From the NCBI GenBank assembly GCA_963764715.1, contig CAVXTP010000014.1, forward strand, positions 128,001 to 192,000: 64,000 nt of DNA. The letters run 5' to 3'. This stretch comes from an uncultured Acidobacteriota bacterium (lineage in GTDB: Bacteria; Acidobacteriota; Thermoanaerobaculia; UBA5066; Gp7-AA6). Shown here piece after piece: positions 37,421-46,796 of the stretch. A program made the translations under genes and the position numbers. The first letter of the stretch is position 1. Each line of letters opens with the position of its first letter. Under the pieces are notes generated by a model, which was given only the letters and a program-made list of their open reading frames with translations, did not search any database and had not been told where the DNA came from.

Positions 37421-37947
37421 TTGACACCCGGGTGCTGGGACGGGACGAAGTTCCGATACGTGACCTTCTGCTTGACCAGGTCGACGCCCGTCACGCGGAT
37501 CAGGCCCGAATGGTCGGGCGACAGCACCTGGATGAGCAGGCAGCGGGATCCCGGTCCGCAGGGCTTGAGCCGCCCTTCCTCGATGATGAAGCCTCCCTCG
37601 AGCTCGGCCTTGTACCGCCGGATGATCCGCGCGAGCTCCGGATCCTCGCGCACGATCTCGAAGGCCTCTTCGATCTCCGCTTGCGAGGGCGTCGGAGGAT
37701 TGACGACGATGCGGCGGGCCGAGATCAGTTTGCCGTCCAGCGTATAGGTGCGCTCGAAGGCGGACGCCCGCTGGTAGTCGTAGAGGATGTCGACCCGGCG
37801 CGGGAAGTCCCCCTGCGACGTCTTGACCGAGTCGTACCAGGTTCTCAGCAGGCGCAGGGGCCGCGAGGTCAGCGAGGGCTGGGTTTGAGCGGCAGCCGCG
37901 GCGACCAGGCCGAGAAGGAGGGCGAGAATCGGAATCGCGCGGCGCAT
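37417..37947 (-). CDS. Secreted partner protein (amine oxidase D3-like), copy 1
   Basis: GAGG SD and MRRAIPIL signal peptide. PPTPSQAEIEEAFEIVRED.EL, CGPGSRCL and VDLVK. Confidence 0.65.
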   Translation of the reverse strand: MRRAIPILALLLGLVAAAAAQTQPSLTSRPLRLLRTWYDSVKTSQGDFPRRVDILYDYQRASAFERTYTLDGKLISARRIVVNPPTPSQAEIEEAFEIVREDPELARIIRRYKAELEGGFIIEEGRLKPCGPGSRCLLIQVLSPDHSGLIRVTGVDLVKQKVTYRNFVPSQHPGVK

Positions 37948-37981
37948 GGGGACCTCACCTTGTACTGCCCCGACAGGAGCC

Positions 37982-38010
37982 ATCCTATGGGCCGGTCCCG
38001 CCCGAGTCAA
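37982..38010 (-). promoter_or_regulatory. Sigma70 promoter of the four-gene amine-oxidase-like cluster
   Basis: TTGACT-N17-TAGGAT. Confidence 0.65.
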
Positions 38011-38035
38011 CCGCCATTGCGGCGACCACGCGTGC

Positions 38036-39682
38036 TCACGGGTGGGGCGAGGCGTCGACCGGCTTCGCGGGCGGGGCGTCGGCCTTCTTCGGCTCCGGCT
38101 TCGGCGGTTCGTCTTTCGGCATCGGCTTGCGCGGGAACATCCCGTCGCGCATGGCCGCGTTGTAGGCGAACGAGGCCATGATGACCGAGGCCTGCATCAG
38201 GTCGTTCTTCTGGAGCCGCTCGTAGACGTCCATGTTCGTGTGATGGGTCCGCGTCTCGTACTCGAGCGCGTCCTGGACGAACTGGAAGCCCGGGAGGCCG
38301 ACGTCGTCGAAGGACTGGTGGTCCGTTCCGCCCGTCCGGTTCATCGTCACGAGGGTCGCGCCGAGGTCGTGGAAAGGCGCGAGCCAGGCCTCGAAGATCG
38401 GAACGGCCGCGGCGTTGTCCTCGGAGTAGATGCCGCGGATCTTGCCGGTCCCGTTGTCGAAGTTGAAGTAGGCCGACAGCTTCGCGTGCTCGGGCTTGAC
38501 CGTGAGGGGCCCGGTCTTCTTGCGGAGATAGAACGGCTTTTCCTTCTCCTCGGCCGACGGCTCCGGCCGTGACGCGAAGTGCTGCGAGACGTAGGCCCGC
38601 GAGCCGAAGAGGCCCTGCTCCTCGCCGCTCCAGAGCCCGATGCGGATCGTCCGCCGCGGTTTCGCCCCGACGGCCTTGAGGATGCGCATCGCTTCCATCG
38701 CCACGACCGAGCCCGCGCCGTTGTCGGTCGCGCCGGTCCCGCCGTGCCAGGAATCGAGGTGGGCGCCGATCATCACGACCTCGTCCTTCCGGTCGGTTCC
38801 GGGGATCTCGGCGATCGTGTTCCACTGCATCTGGTCTTCTTCGATGAACCGGGCCTTGACGTCGAGCTCGACCTCGACGGGAACGTCCCGGTCGAGAAGC
38901 CGCGACACCCGGCCGAAGCTTTCGGGCTCCATCGAGAGCGAGGGCAGGCCCTGGGGGGCCCCCTTCTTCCAGGTTCCCTCGCCCTGGACGCTGAAGGTCC
39001 CCATGTCGCCGCGGCCCGACGCGACGATCGCCAGCGCCTTCTCCTCCTCGAGGAACTTCGTGACGGCCTTGCGGAGCTCGCGACGCTTGACGTACTCCGC
39101 CCGGTTGTAACGCGGCGGTCGTCCCGGCATCTCGTACTGATACTCGGCCTCGAGCGACTTCTCGTCGTAGCGCACGGAGTCGGGCTTCTCGCCGAGCGGG
39201 ATGTCGCGCACGTCGCCGAAGAAGACGACCGTTCCCGCGAACTTCCCCTTGAGCTTCTCGAGCTCGTCGGCCGACTTGACGTTGAGCCGCGCCGCCTTCG
39301 CGCGGACGGGCCCCGCCGTCCCCGGCGTCCAGGCCTCCGGGATCGCGATGAGCTCGGCCGAGCCCGGCGCCGTCATCCGCACCGCGCAGCCCGACCAGGT
39401 CCAGCCGCGGCCGAACGGACCCCAGCTCTCGAGGTGGGCGTTGGCGAGCCCCCAGGACTCGAGCTGCTTCTTCGTCCACTCGTTGGCTTCCTTCATCTCG
39501 GGAGAGCCGGTCAGGCGCGGCCCGATGCGGTCCATCATCTCGGAGGCCGACTCCATGACCTTGGAGTTGTTGAAGCCCTCGAGGCGGATCCGCGTGATCA
39601 TGTCGAGGTCCACCGCCTCGGTCGCGGGAAGGGTGGAACCGGCGAGCACTACGAGGCCGACGGCGGCGATCAAGCGTTTCAG
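38036..39682 (-). CDS. Secreted M28 peptidase (carboxypeptidase Q-like), probable CTG start
   Basis: GPRLTGS, GAHLDSW, GATDNGAG, GEEQGL, GGTDH and HHTNMD. AGGAGG lies 6 nt before CTG-AAA-CGC-TTG, which begins a clean signal peptide. Confidence 0.88.
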   Translation of the reverse strand: MKRLIAAVGLVVLAGSTLPATEAVDLDMITRIRLEGFNNSKVMESASEMMDRIGPRLTGSPEMKEANEWTKKQLESWGLANAHLESWGPFGRGWTWSGCAVRMTAPGSAELIAIPEAWTPGTAGPVRAKAARLNVKSADELEKLKGKFAGTVVFFGDVRDIPLGEKPDSVRYDEKSLEAEYQYEMPGRPPRYNRAEYVKRRELRKAVTKFLEEEKALAIVASGRGDMGTFSVQGEGTWKKGAPQGLPSLSMEPESFGRVSRLLDRDVPVEVELDVKARFIEEDQMQWNTIAEIPGTDRKDEVVMIGAHLDSWHGGTGATDNGAGSVVAMEAMRILKAVGAKPRRTIRIGLWSGEEQGLFGSRAYVSQHFASRPEPSAEEKEKPFYLRKKTGPLTVKPEHAKLSAYFNFDNGTGKIRGIYSEDNAAAVPIFEAWLAPFHDLGATLVTMNRTGGTDHQSFDDVGLPGFQFVQDALEYETRTHHTNMDVYERLQKNDLMQASVIMASFAYNAAMRDGMFPRKPMPKDEPPKPEPKKADAPPAKPVDASPHP

Positions 39683-39840
39683 AGCACACCTCCTGAACAA
39701 AACCGCGGCACGGTACCACCCGCCATCCCCGGGGTCAAACCGCGGCGGGGCCTCGTGTGGGCGCGACACGATCGCGAGCAGGGCGAACCGAAGAAGGGCG
39801 TCCGGTCCGACCAATCCCGGGGTGGACAAAAACCACGTGC

Positions 39841-39860
39841 GCGGTCAACCAGTTGACCGC
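39841..39860. promoter_or_regulatory. Perfect palindrome in a divergent intergenic region
   Basis: GCGGTCAAC-ca-GTTGACCGC. Confidence 0.45.
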
Positions 39861-39933
39861 GTAACGCCCCGCCGGGATAGGGCACTAGGGGTGTCATGAG
39901 GCGACGCCCCGCGTCGCGACGGAGGAGCATCCG

Positions 39934-42610
39934 ATGAGCAACCGCCTGAGAGTCGTCTTCGTTCTGGCCCTGATCGCCGGTGCCGTCGGCGCCCCGACCG
40001 CGGCGGCCGAACAACCCGCCTGGGTCTTCAGCGGTCCGACCGACGTCGGCACGATCTACGACTTGAAGGCGGCCGACGGGATCACCTGGGCGGGGACTTC
40101 GGCGGGGGTCTTTCGGTCGACGCCGTCCGGCGACGGATGGGAGCTCGCGGGCCTGCGCGCGGAGTGGGTTTCGGCGATCGCGGTGCGTCCCGGCTCGCCG
40201 GTCTTCGCCCTCTTCGGCCAGGGCGGCCTCGCCGTCAGCCGGGATGCCGGGAACTCGTGGGAGACGCTCGCTCCCAGCGGCTCCAATCTGTCGGCCGTGG
40301 CCATCGATCCGGACGACCCTTCGACGGCGTATCTCGGGAGCTTCGACGGGATCCTGTGGAAGTCGACCGATTCCGGCGCAACCTGGAAGCGGCTGGGCTC
40401 GACAGGTTTCTACTACCTCACGGCCGTCGACCTCGATCCCCACGACGGCGCGATCGTCGTCCTGGGCTACAGCCAGTCGAGCGGCAACGCCGCCCTTCAG
40501 CGCAGCACGGATGGCGGTGCGTCCTTCCAACCGGTCGCGATCGTCGGACACGCCGCCCCCCAGTGGAACGCGATCGCACCCGGCGCTCCCGGCTCCGGCC
40601 GGTTCTACGCGTCGATGACCGGTTTCGTCTGCGTGACCACCGACGGCGCCGTCGACTGGTCGTGCGCGCCCGTCACCCCGGTCGTGACGCGCATCGCCGA
40701 GGTCCCGGACACCGACCCGACGTCGACGCCCGTCGTCGTCGCTGACCTCGGATCACGGCGTGCTCGTCAGCAGCGACGGCGGAGATTCGTGGACGCAGGC
40801 TGGAGGGTCGCTGGCCACGGGCTACATGCTCGCCGCGGCGTTCGACTCCGAATCCGGCGCCGTCCTCGCCGGCACCGACGCGGGCATCTATCGCAGCGCC
40901 GACCGGGGAGCGACCTGGAACTGGCACGGCCATGGCCTCCGGTCGTCCTGGGTCACGACGGTGGCCGTCGATCCGTCCCACCCGGAGAACGTCGTCGCAA
41001 GCACCTTCGGGTTCTCGGTCAACCAGGGTCCGGGCCTCTTCCGTTCGAGCGACGCGGGGCACTTCTTCGACCCCTTCAGTGAGCCACCCCCCTCCGGCTT
41101 CACCTCGCTGGTCTTCGATCCGAACGACCCGTCGAGGCTCTATGGCACGGCGAACGGAACGTTCTATCGATCCGCGGACGCCGGAGCATCCTGGTCCGCG
41201 CTGACTCCGGTCAATTTCGGATTCGGCCGGCTTTCGGTCGACGCCCGATCGCCGGGACGGGTCTGGGCCGCCGAGAATTCGGGGCTCGTCTTCAGCCGCG
41301 ACGGCGGCGCGACCTTCCAGCGGGCCGCCGTGTCGCAGACCATCTACGATCTCGTCTTCGACAGTCACGACCCGACGACGCTCTACGCCAGCTCGTATCA
41401 CGACCTCGAGACCGGTTATTACGGCTACTCGTACCCCCGCGGGGGCTCGATTTTCGTCAGCCGGGACCTCGGCAACACGTGGACACGCAACGAGCAGGAC
41501 CTCGGCGCCCTGCCCCTGGTCCTCGCCGCCGACCCGTTCGCGGGCGCAGTCGTCTATGCCGGCACCTCGGGTCACGGGGTCATGCGCAGCAGCGACGCAG
41601 GCTCGACCTGGAAAATGTCGTCGGGCCCCGTTTCCCCGACCGTGGTGAGCGGGCTCGTGGCGGATCCGTCCCGGCCCGGCTACCTTTACGCGGCCGCGGA
41701 CGGGACGGTCTATCGCAGCCGGGATGGCGGCGCGAGCTGGGAGCACTTCGGAGAGGGAATCGACGGCCCGCCCGTGGGAAGCGTCGCGGTCGCCGGCGGG
41801 GGCCGGACCCTCCTGGCGGCTTCGACGGGAGCCGGGATCTACCAGATGGATCTGGGGACGAGCAGCCCGTCGTTCCCGTGCGTCGCGGGCCCCGAGCGTC
41901 TCTGCCTGATCGGGGGCCGATACGCCCTGGACGTCGCCGTCCAGAGCCGCGCTCTGTGGACCACGGGGGCGGCGCACGCCGTCACCGACCGGTCCGGGTA
42001 CTTCGCGTTCCCGAGAGTCACGGGCGACGCGACCTTCCCGGAGGTCGTCGTCAAGATGCTGCCCGCCGGCGCCCTCGGCCCGGGCGGCGCCGCGATCTTT
42101 CATTCCGGCCTCACGTCGCTTCCCTACGTCCTCACCCTCACGGACACGGTCACCGGCGAGCAGCACCAGTACGTCGGCAACCAGGGGGGCTCGCAGTGCG
42201 GCGGAGTGAGTCAGCCCTTCCCCGACGCGAGCGCCGCGGTCAGCCGGCCCGAAGCCACCGCCGCGCCCTCCGAGGCCGCGCTGTCGCTTCTCGATCACCG
42301 GTTCTCGGTGACCGTCCATGCCCGCCATCCGCGCACGGGGCGCGAGTCGAACGGCTTCGCGGTTTCCGGAAGCGACCGGTGGGGGTACTTCAGCATGCCG
42401 GACATCACGGGCGACGCGGCGTTGCCGGAAATCGTCGTCAAGATGGTCGACTTCAGCCAGATCAGCGGGAAGTTCTGGGTCTTCTACACGGGGCTGACCG
42501 GCTTCGACTACACCCTGACCGTCACCGACACGAAGACCGGGACCGTCCGGACCTACGAAAGCACCGACGCCTTCTGCGGCGCCTCCGACACGTCGGCGTT
42601 TCCCGAGTGA
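39934..42610 (+). pseudogene. Secreted BNR-repeat protein with two C-terminal acidobacterial-type domains, frameshifted near 40741
   Basis: The 39934 ORF degrades after ...VVV. The +1 frame continues LTSDHGVLVSSDGG into ORF 40760-42610. Either a true pseudogene or a sequencing error. Confidence 0.75.
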
Positions 42611-42672
42611 CCGCGGTGGATGAGACCCGCTGGTGATACCCTGACCACTTTCCGAACCACCGGAGCCCGGAC

Positions 42673-43908
42673 GTGAGCCACAGGAAAACGATCTCCCGAA
42701 GCGCCGCCGCGGCGGCGCTTTTCGCCTTCTCGCTCGCCGGCGCCCTGCGCGCCGACGAGCCCGGGTTCGTCCTCCAGGGCGAGGGCGGGCTCGTCACCGC
42801 CCTCGTGCTCGACCCGATCTCGACGGCCACGCTCTACGCGACGACCGGGCGCGGCCTCTACCAGTCGCGCGACGCGGGTGCGAGCTGGAGGTCGCGCGGG
42901 CGCGGCCTCGACGCGCATTCGGTCCTGGCCCTCGCGATCGACCCGTCCGCGCACGACACCCTCTATGCCGCGACGGATACGGGCGGCGTCTTCCGCAGCA
43001 CCGACGCCGGCGAGTCCTGGCGCCGTTCGAACGAGAGCCTCGAGCTGCGGTACGTCGGGACGATCGCCGTCGATCCGCACCGGCCGGGCTCGGTCTACGC
43101 GGGCGGCGAAGGCGGCCGTGTCTTTCGCAGCCTCGACTCCGGGGAGTCGTGGAGCGAGCTCGGGGCGACGACGGCGCGCGTCGCCGTGACGGCGATCGCC
43201 TTCGATCCCGCCACGGCCGGGACCATCTACATCGGGACCAACAGCGAGGGCTTCTTCAAGAGCACGGACGGCGGCGCGACGTGGCTGCGCCCCTTCAAGG
43301 CCATGAGCAAGGGAACGATCTGGAACCTGACGGTCGATCCGTCCGCGCCGAGGACGCTGTACGCCGGCATGCACGACGGCCTCTACCGCAGCGACGACTT
43401 CGGAACGACCTGGCGGCCCCTCCACAAGCGCCTCAAGAGCTACAACGTGCTCGCGCTCGCGATCGACCCCGCCAACTCGAAGACGCTCTACGCCGCGACG
43501 GCGATCGGAATCTACAAGTCCTCGGACGGCGGGGACTCGTGGATCCTCCTCAACCAGGACCTCTACGTGACGGCGATCGCGCTCGATCCGCGCGCGCCCG
43601 CGGTGCTGTACGCGGGCACCCAGCTCGGCGTCCTCAAGAGCGGTGACGCGGGGACGAAGTGGGCGCCGCTGAGGCTCACGGGCGAGCCGCCGGCGGCCCC
43701 CGTCCCCGGAGGCGCCACCGCGTCGGCTCCGGGCTCCGCCTCGACGCTCCCCCGCTTGCCCGTCGCCCGGCGGCCCGCCGCCCCGGGGCCGGCCGCGCCC
43801 GGCGCCTCTTCCAATCCCGGCACGCCGGCGCAGGACGGGCTCCGCGTCCTCCCGGTCAGGCCCCGCCCCACGCCGGCCGCGCAGCGGGTCGTCGTCGGCG
43901 ACGAATAG
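42673..43908 (+). CDS. Secreted BNR/Asp-box repeat protein with Pro/Ala-rich tail
   Basis: Signal peptide and seven regular LAIDP...LYA...G..xSxDxGxxW blades. Confidence 0.85.
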   Translation: MSHRKTISRSAAAAALFAFSLAGALRADEPGFVLQGEGGLVTALVLDPISTATLYATTGRGLYQSRDAGASWRSRGRGLDAHSVLALAIDPSAHDTLYAATDTGGVFRSTDAGESWRRSNESLELRYVGTIAVDPHRPGSVYAGGEGGRVFRSLDSGESWSELGATTARVAVTAIAFDPATAGTIYIGTNSEGFFKSTDGGATWLRPFKAMSKGTIWNLTVDPSAPRTLYAGMHDGLYRSDDFGTTWRPLHKRLKSYNVLALAIDPANSKTLYAATAIGIYKSSDGGDSWILLNQDLYVTAIALDPRAPAVLYAGTQLGVLKSGDAGTKWAPLRLTGEPPAAPVPGGATASAPGSASTLPRLPVARRPAAPGPAAPGASSNPGTPAQDGLRVLPVRPRPTPAAQRVVVGDE

Positions 43909-43933
43909 CGCCGCCGACCGCGATCCGCGGGTC

Positions 43934-44911
43934 CTACTCCGCCGCGAACAGCGTCACGGCGAACCGGGCGTCGGACTCGACCCACTGCTGGAGCAGGCGG
44001 AAACCCGCGTCGGCGCCCATGCGGACGACCTCTTCGGCGTCGTACTTGTAGGAGCTCTCCGTCCAGATGGGCTCCCCGCGCGCGAACGCCACGGTCGTTC
44101 CCGCCCTCGGGATCACCACCGTCTGGTCGGCCAGGGAGACGAGGTGCATCTCGACGCGCCGCTCCACGGGATTCCAGACGGCGCGGTGGGCGAACGCGGA
44201 GAGGTCGAAGTCGGCGAGGAGCTCCGTGTTCATGCGCGCCAGCAGGTTCTTGTTGAACGCCGCCGTGACGCCGAGCGGATCGTCGTAGGCGAGAAGCAGC
44301 TCGCTCTCGGGCTTGACGAGGTCCGCGCCGAGCAGGAGCGCGTCGCCCGGCCGCAGGGACCTCCGGATGTCCGCCAGGAACTCGTCGGCGGCGGGGCGAT
44401 CGAAGTTGCCGATGTTCGACCCGAGGAAGATCGCGAGCATCGTGCCGTGCGACGGGCGCTGCTCGGCCGCGTGGCGCAGGCCCTCCTCGTACGTCGCCCG
44501 GTGGCCGACGACCGAGACGTGCTCGAGCGCGCCGAGGGTGCGTTCGGAGAGCTCGAGGGCGTCGGGCGAAATGTCGATCAGGTGGACGAGAACGCGCTTG
44601 CGCCGGCTGCGGAGGTTCTCGGCGAGCATCGCGAGCTTCTCGCCGCTGCCGCAGCCGAGCTCGACGAACGTGATGGGGTCCTCGAGCGCGCTGACCATTT
44701 CTCCCGAGAACCGCGCGAGCAGCCGTCCCTCGGCCCGCGTGATCCGGTACCACGGAAGGCGGCAGATGGCCTCGAAGAGGGCCGAGCCCAGCCCGTTGTA
44801 GAGGTAGCGGGACTGGATCTGCTTCGGCACGAGCGCGAGGTCGCGCCGCACGTCGTCGGCGAAGTCGCGGACCGCCTCGGCGGGCGGCGCCTGGGCGCTC
44901 AGGGGGATCAC
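43934..44911 (-). CDS. egtD: L-histidine N-alpha-methyltransferase
   Basis: K...RYLY...GS.LFE.IC.LP.Y, ELGCGS..K, FLGSNIGNF, AYDDPLGVTAAFN.N and TESSYKY. GTGA-coupled to egtB. Confidence 0.92.
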   Translation of the reverse strand: MIPLSAQAPPAEAVRDFADDVRRDLALVPKQIQSRYLYNGLGSALFEAICRLPWYRITRAEGRLLARFSGEMVSALEDPITFVELGCGSGEKLAMLAENLRSRRKRVLVHLIDISPDALELSERTLGALEHVSVVGHRATYEEGLRHAAEQRPSHGTMLAIFLGSNIGNFDRPAADEFLADIRRSLRPGDALLLGADLVKPESELLLAYDDPLGVTAAFNKNLLARMNTELLADFDLSAFAHRAVWNPVERRVEMHLVSLADQTVVIPRAGTTVAFARGEPIWTESSYKYDAEEVVRMGADAGFRLLQQWVESDARFAVTLFAAE

Positions 44912-46236
44912 GGCGCGACCGTCCGGAACTTGGCGTACACGTAGGGATAGTTGGGCCGGAACCAGTTGCGGAAGCTCCGCCGCACGAGCTCCTTCGGGGT
45001 CGCGGGCGAGGCGCCCTTCAGGACGTAGTGCTTTCCGTCGAAGAAGTCCGCGGAGTACCGCGGGTACGAAGGCATCGGCTCGAAGCCGGGAAGCGGCGCG
45101 AAGACCGTCGACGTCCACTCCCAGCCGTTGCCGACGAGGTCGCGGACGCCCCACGCGCTGGTCCCGCGAGGAAAGGACGCCACCGGCACGGGGTCCGCGC
45201 CGGCGACGTCGAAGTGGCCGCGCGTCGCATCGGGCGGCGCATCGCCCCAGGGCTGCGGGCGCTCGCCGCCGCCCGGTTCGCCGTAGGCCGCGCGGTGATA
45301 CTCGGCTTCCGTCGGCAGGCGCCGGCCCTTCCAGCGCGCCCAGGCGGACGCCTCGGCGTGGGAGACCCAGGCCGGCCAGGCCATCGGCAGCGGCACGAGG
45401 TCCCACATCCCCCGCCACATCCAGGCGCCGCGGTGGAGCTCCCAGAAGAGCGGGCTCCGGACGTCGTGCGCGAGGCGCCAGGACCGGCCCTCCTCGTCCC
45501 AGAGCGCTTCGTCCTCGTAGCCGCCGGCCTCGACGAACTCCATGAAGTCGCGGTTCGTGACGCTGTCGACGTCGATGTCGAAGGCGGGGACCTCGGCTTC
45601 GATTCGTGGAAACTCGTTGTCCCAACCGAAGGCCATCTCGCCACGATTCGCGCCGAGCGTCGCCCGTCCCGCGTCGACCCGGACGCTCCGCCGGGGCGGC
45701 GGCTCGCTCCCCGGCCGGGGCGCGGGAAGCCCGGCCGGACGGATTTTCTGGCCGTAGGGCAGGCGATGGAGGATGTAGGACAGCGTCTCGTGGTGCATGG
45801 GGTCGTGCTCGAGCACCGTGTACGCGGCGAGGCCTCCGGCGAGAACCGGACGGCTCTCGTCCGCGATGTCGGCCTCGGCGATCGCCTCGAGCACCTTGCG
45901 GTCCGCGGCGGCGGCGAAGCTGCGGATCGCGATCCGGGAAGGCCACGAACGGGCCGTGCCGGGGACCGCCTTCTCGTCCTCCGGGTCGATCCCGCGCTCG
46001 AACAGGACCTCCAGATCCTCGTCGACCCCGGGCTGCCCCAGCCCGCGCTTGACCAGGGTGTTCACGGCGAAGGCCGGGAGGTGGCCCTCGTAGAAGCAGA
46101 TCGGATTGCGGAGGGGAATCGGCCGGGACTCGTAGGCCTCGGGACGGACCGCGTCGAAGATCGCGTCCGCACGCTCGCGGTTGCGGACGTACCAGGCGGC
46201 GAGAGCGGCTCGATCGAGGTCCAGGGCCGTCGGCAT
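44908..46236 (-). CDS. egtB: Ergothioneine sulfoxide synthase (DinB-like plus FGE domain)
   Basis: Candidate Fe triad GH...H.PMH, FGWDNE, RLPTEAE, GNGWEWT, YSADFFD and RSFRNWF. Adjacent to egtD. Confidence 0.85.
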   Translation of the reverse strand: MPTALDLDRAALAAWYVRNRERADAIFDAVRPEAYESRPIPLRNPICFYEGHLPAFAVNTLVKRGLGQPGVDEDLEVLFERGIDPEDEKAVPGTARSWPSRIAIRSFAAAADRKVLEAIAEADIADESRPVLAGGLAAYTVLEHDPMHHETLSYILHRLPYGQKIRPAGLPAPRPGSEPPPRRSVRVDAGRATLGANRGEMAFGWDNEFPRIEAEVPAFDIDVDSVTNRDFMEFVEAGGYEDEALWDEEGRSWRLAHDVRSPLFWELHRGAWMWRGMWDLVPLPMAWPAWVSHAEASAWARWKGRRLPTEAEYHRAAYGEPGGGERPQPWGDAPPDATRGHFDVAGADPVPVASFPRGTSAWGVRDLVGNGWEWTSTVFAPLPGFEPMPSYPRYSADFFDGKHYVLKGASPATPKELVRRSFRNWFRPNYPYVYAKFRTVAP

Positions 46237-46367
46237 CGGGTCAAGATATACCTGCAAGGAAGATGCTAGATTTGGCCCTCGGCGGCCGCGTCCCCCGGGG
46301 TGCGAAACCGTCCGCGAGGTTCGCGAAGCCCGAAGGGAGTCCCATCGCCATGGATTCGGAGGTCAAA

Positions 46368-46796
46368 GTGGTCAACGAGAACGAGGAACAGAACACGGTC
46401 GTCCCGATTGCGTCGAAGAGCCCGCGCAAGCCCGCCGCGCGGAAGTCTCCCGCCCGCAAGGCCACGGCCCGGAAGGCCCGGCCCGCGGGGGCGGCGCGCC
46501 GGAAGCCGGCGGCCCGGCGGAAGGCGCGCCCGACGACGATCGAGGGAGTGATCCGATCGATCACCGGGGGCGTCTCGGTCGCCCGCGCCGCGATCGCGGA
46601 AGCGTCCGGCCAGGGGGCCACGGTCGTCCGCCGCGCCGTGGGCAGCGCCACGAAGGTTTCGCGAAAGACGGTCACGCGGCTCGCCAACGAGTGGAAGGCG
46701 ATGGACCCGAAGAAGAAGGCCCGCGTTCTCGCGGCCCTTCTCGGGGCCGCGGCCGCCGCTTCGGCGCCGCTCGTGCGCAAGTCCTTCAAGCGATAG
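46368..46796 (+). CDS. Small basic protein with histone H1-like K/R/A repeats
   Basis: GGAGG then GTG at 46368 (alternative ATG at 46350). RKPAARKSPARKATARKARP repeats and a C-terminal hydrophobic helix. Confidence 0.6.
   Translation: MVNENEEQNTVVPIASKSPRKPAARKSPARKATARKARPAGAARRKPAARRKARPTTIEGVIRSITGGVSVARAAIAEASGQGATVVRRAVGSATKVSRKTVTRLANEWKAMDPKKKARVLAALLGAAAAASAPLVRKSFKR

Noticed and set aside
44908-46236. Selenoneine synthase SenA or ovothiol synthase OvoA
   Set aside because: No senB/senC adjacent and no C-terminal methyltransferase domain. Coupling to egtD favours ergothioneine.
46295-46345. Possible c-di-GMP-I riboswitch (GCGAAACC...GCGAAGCC)
   Set aside because: Lacks the GGGACGCAAAGC core and the paired P2/P3 stems.
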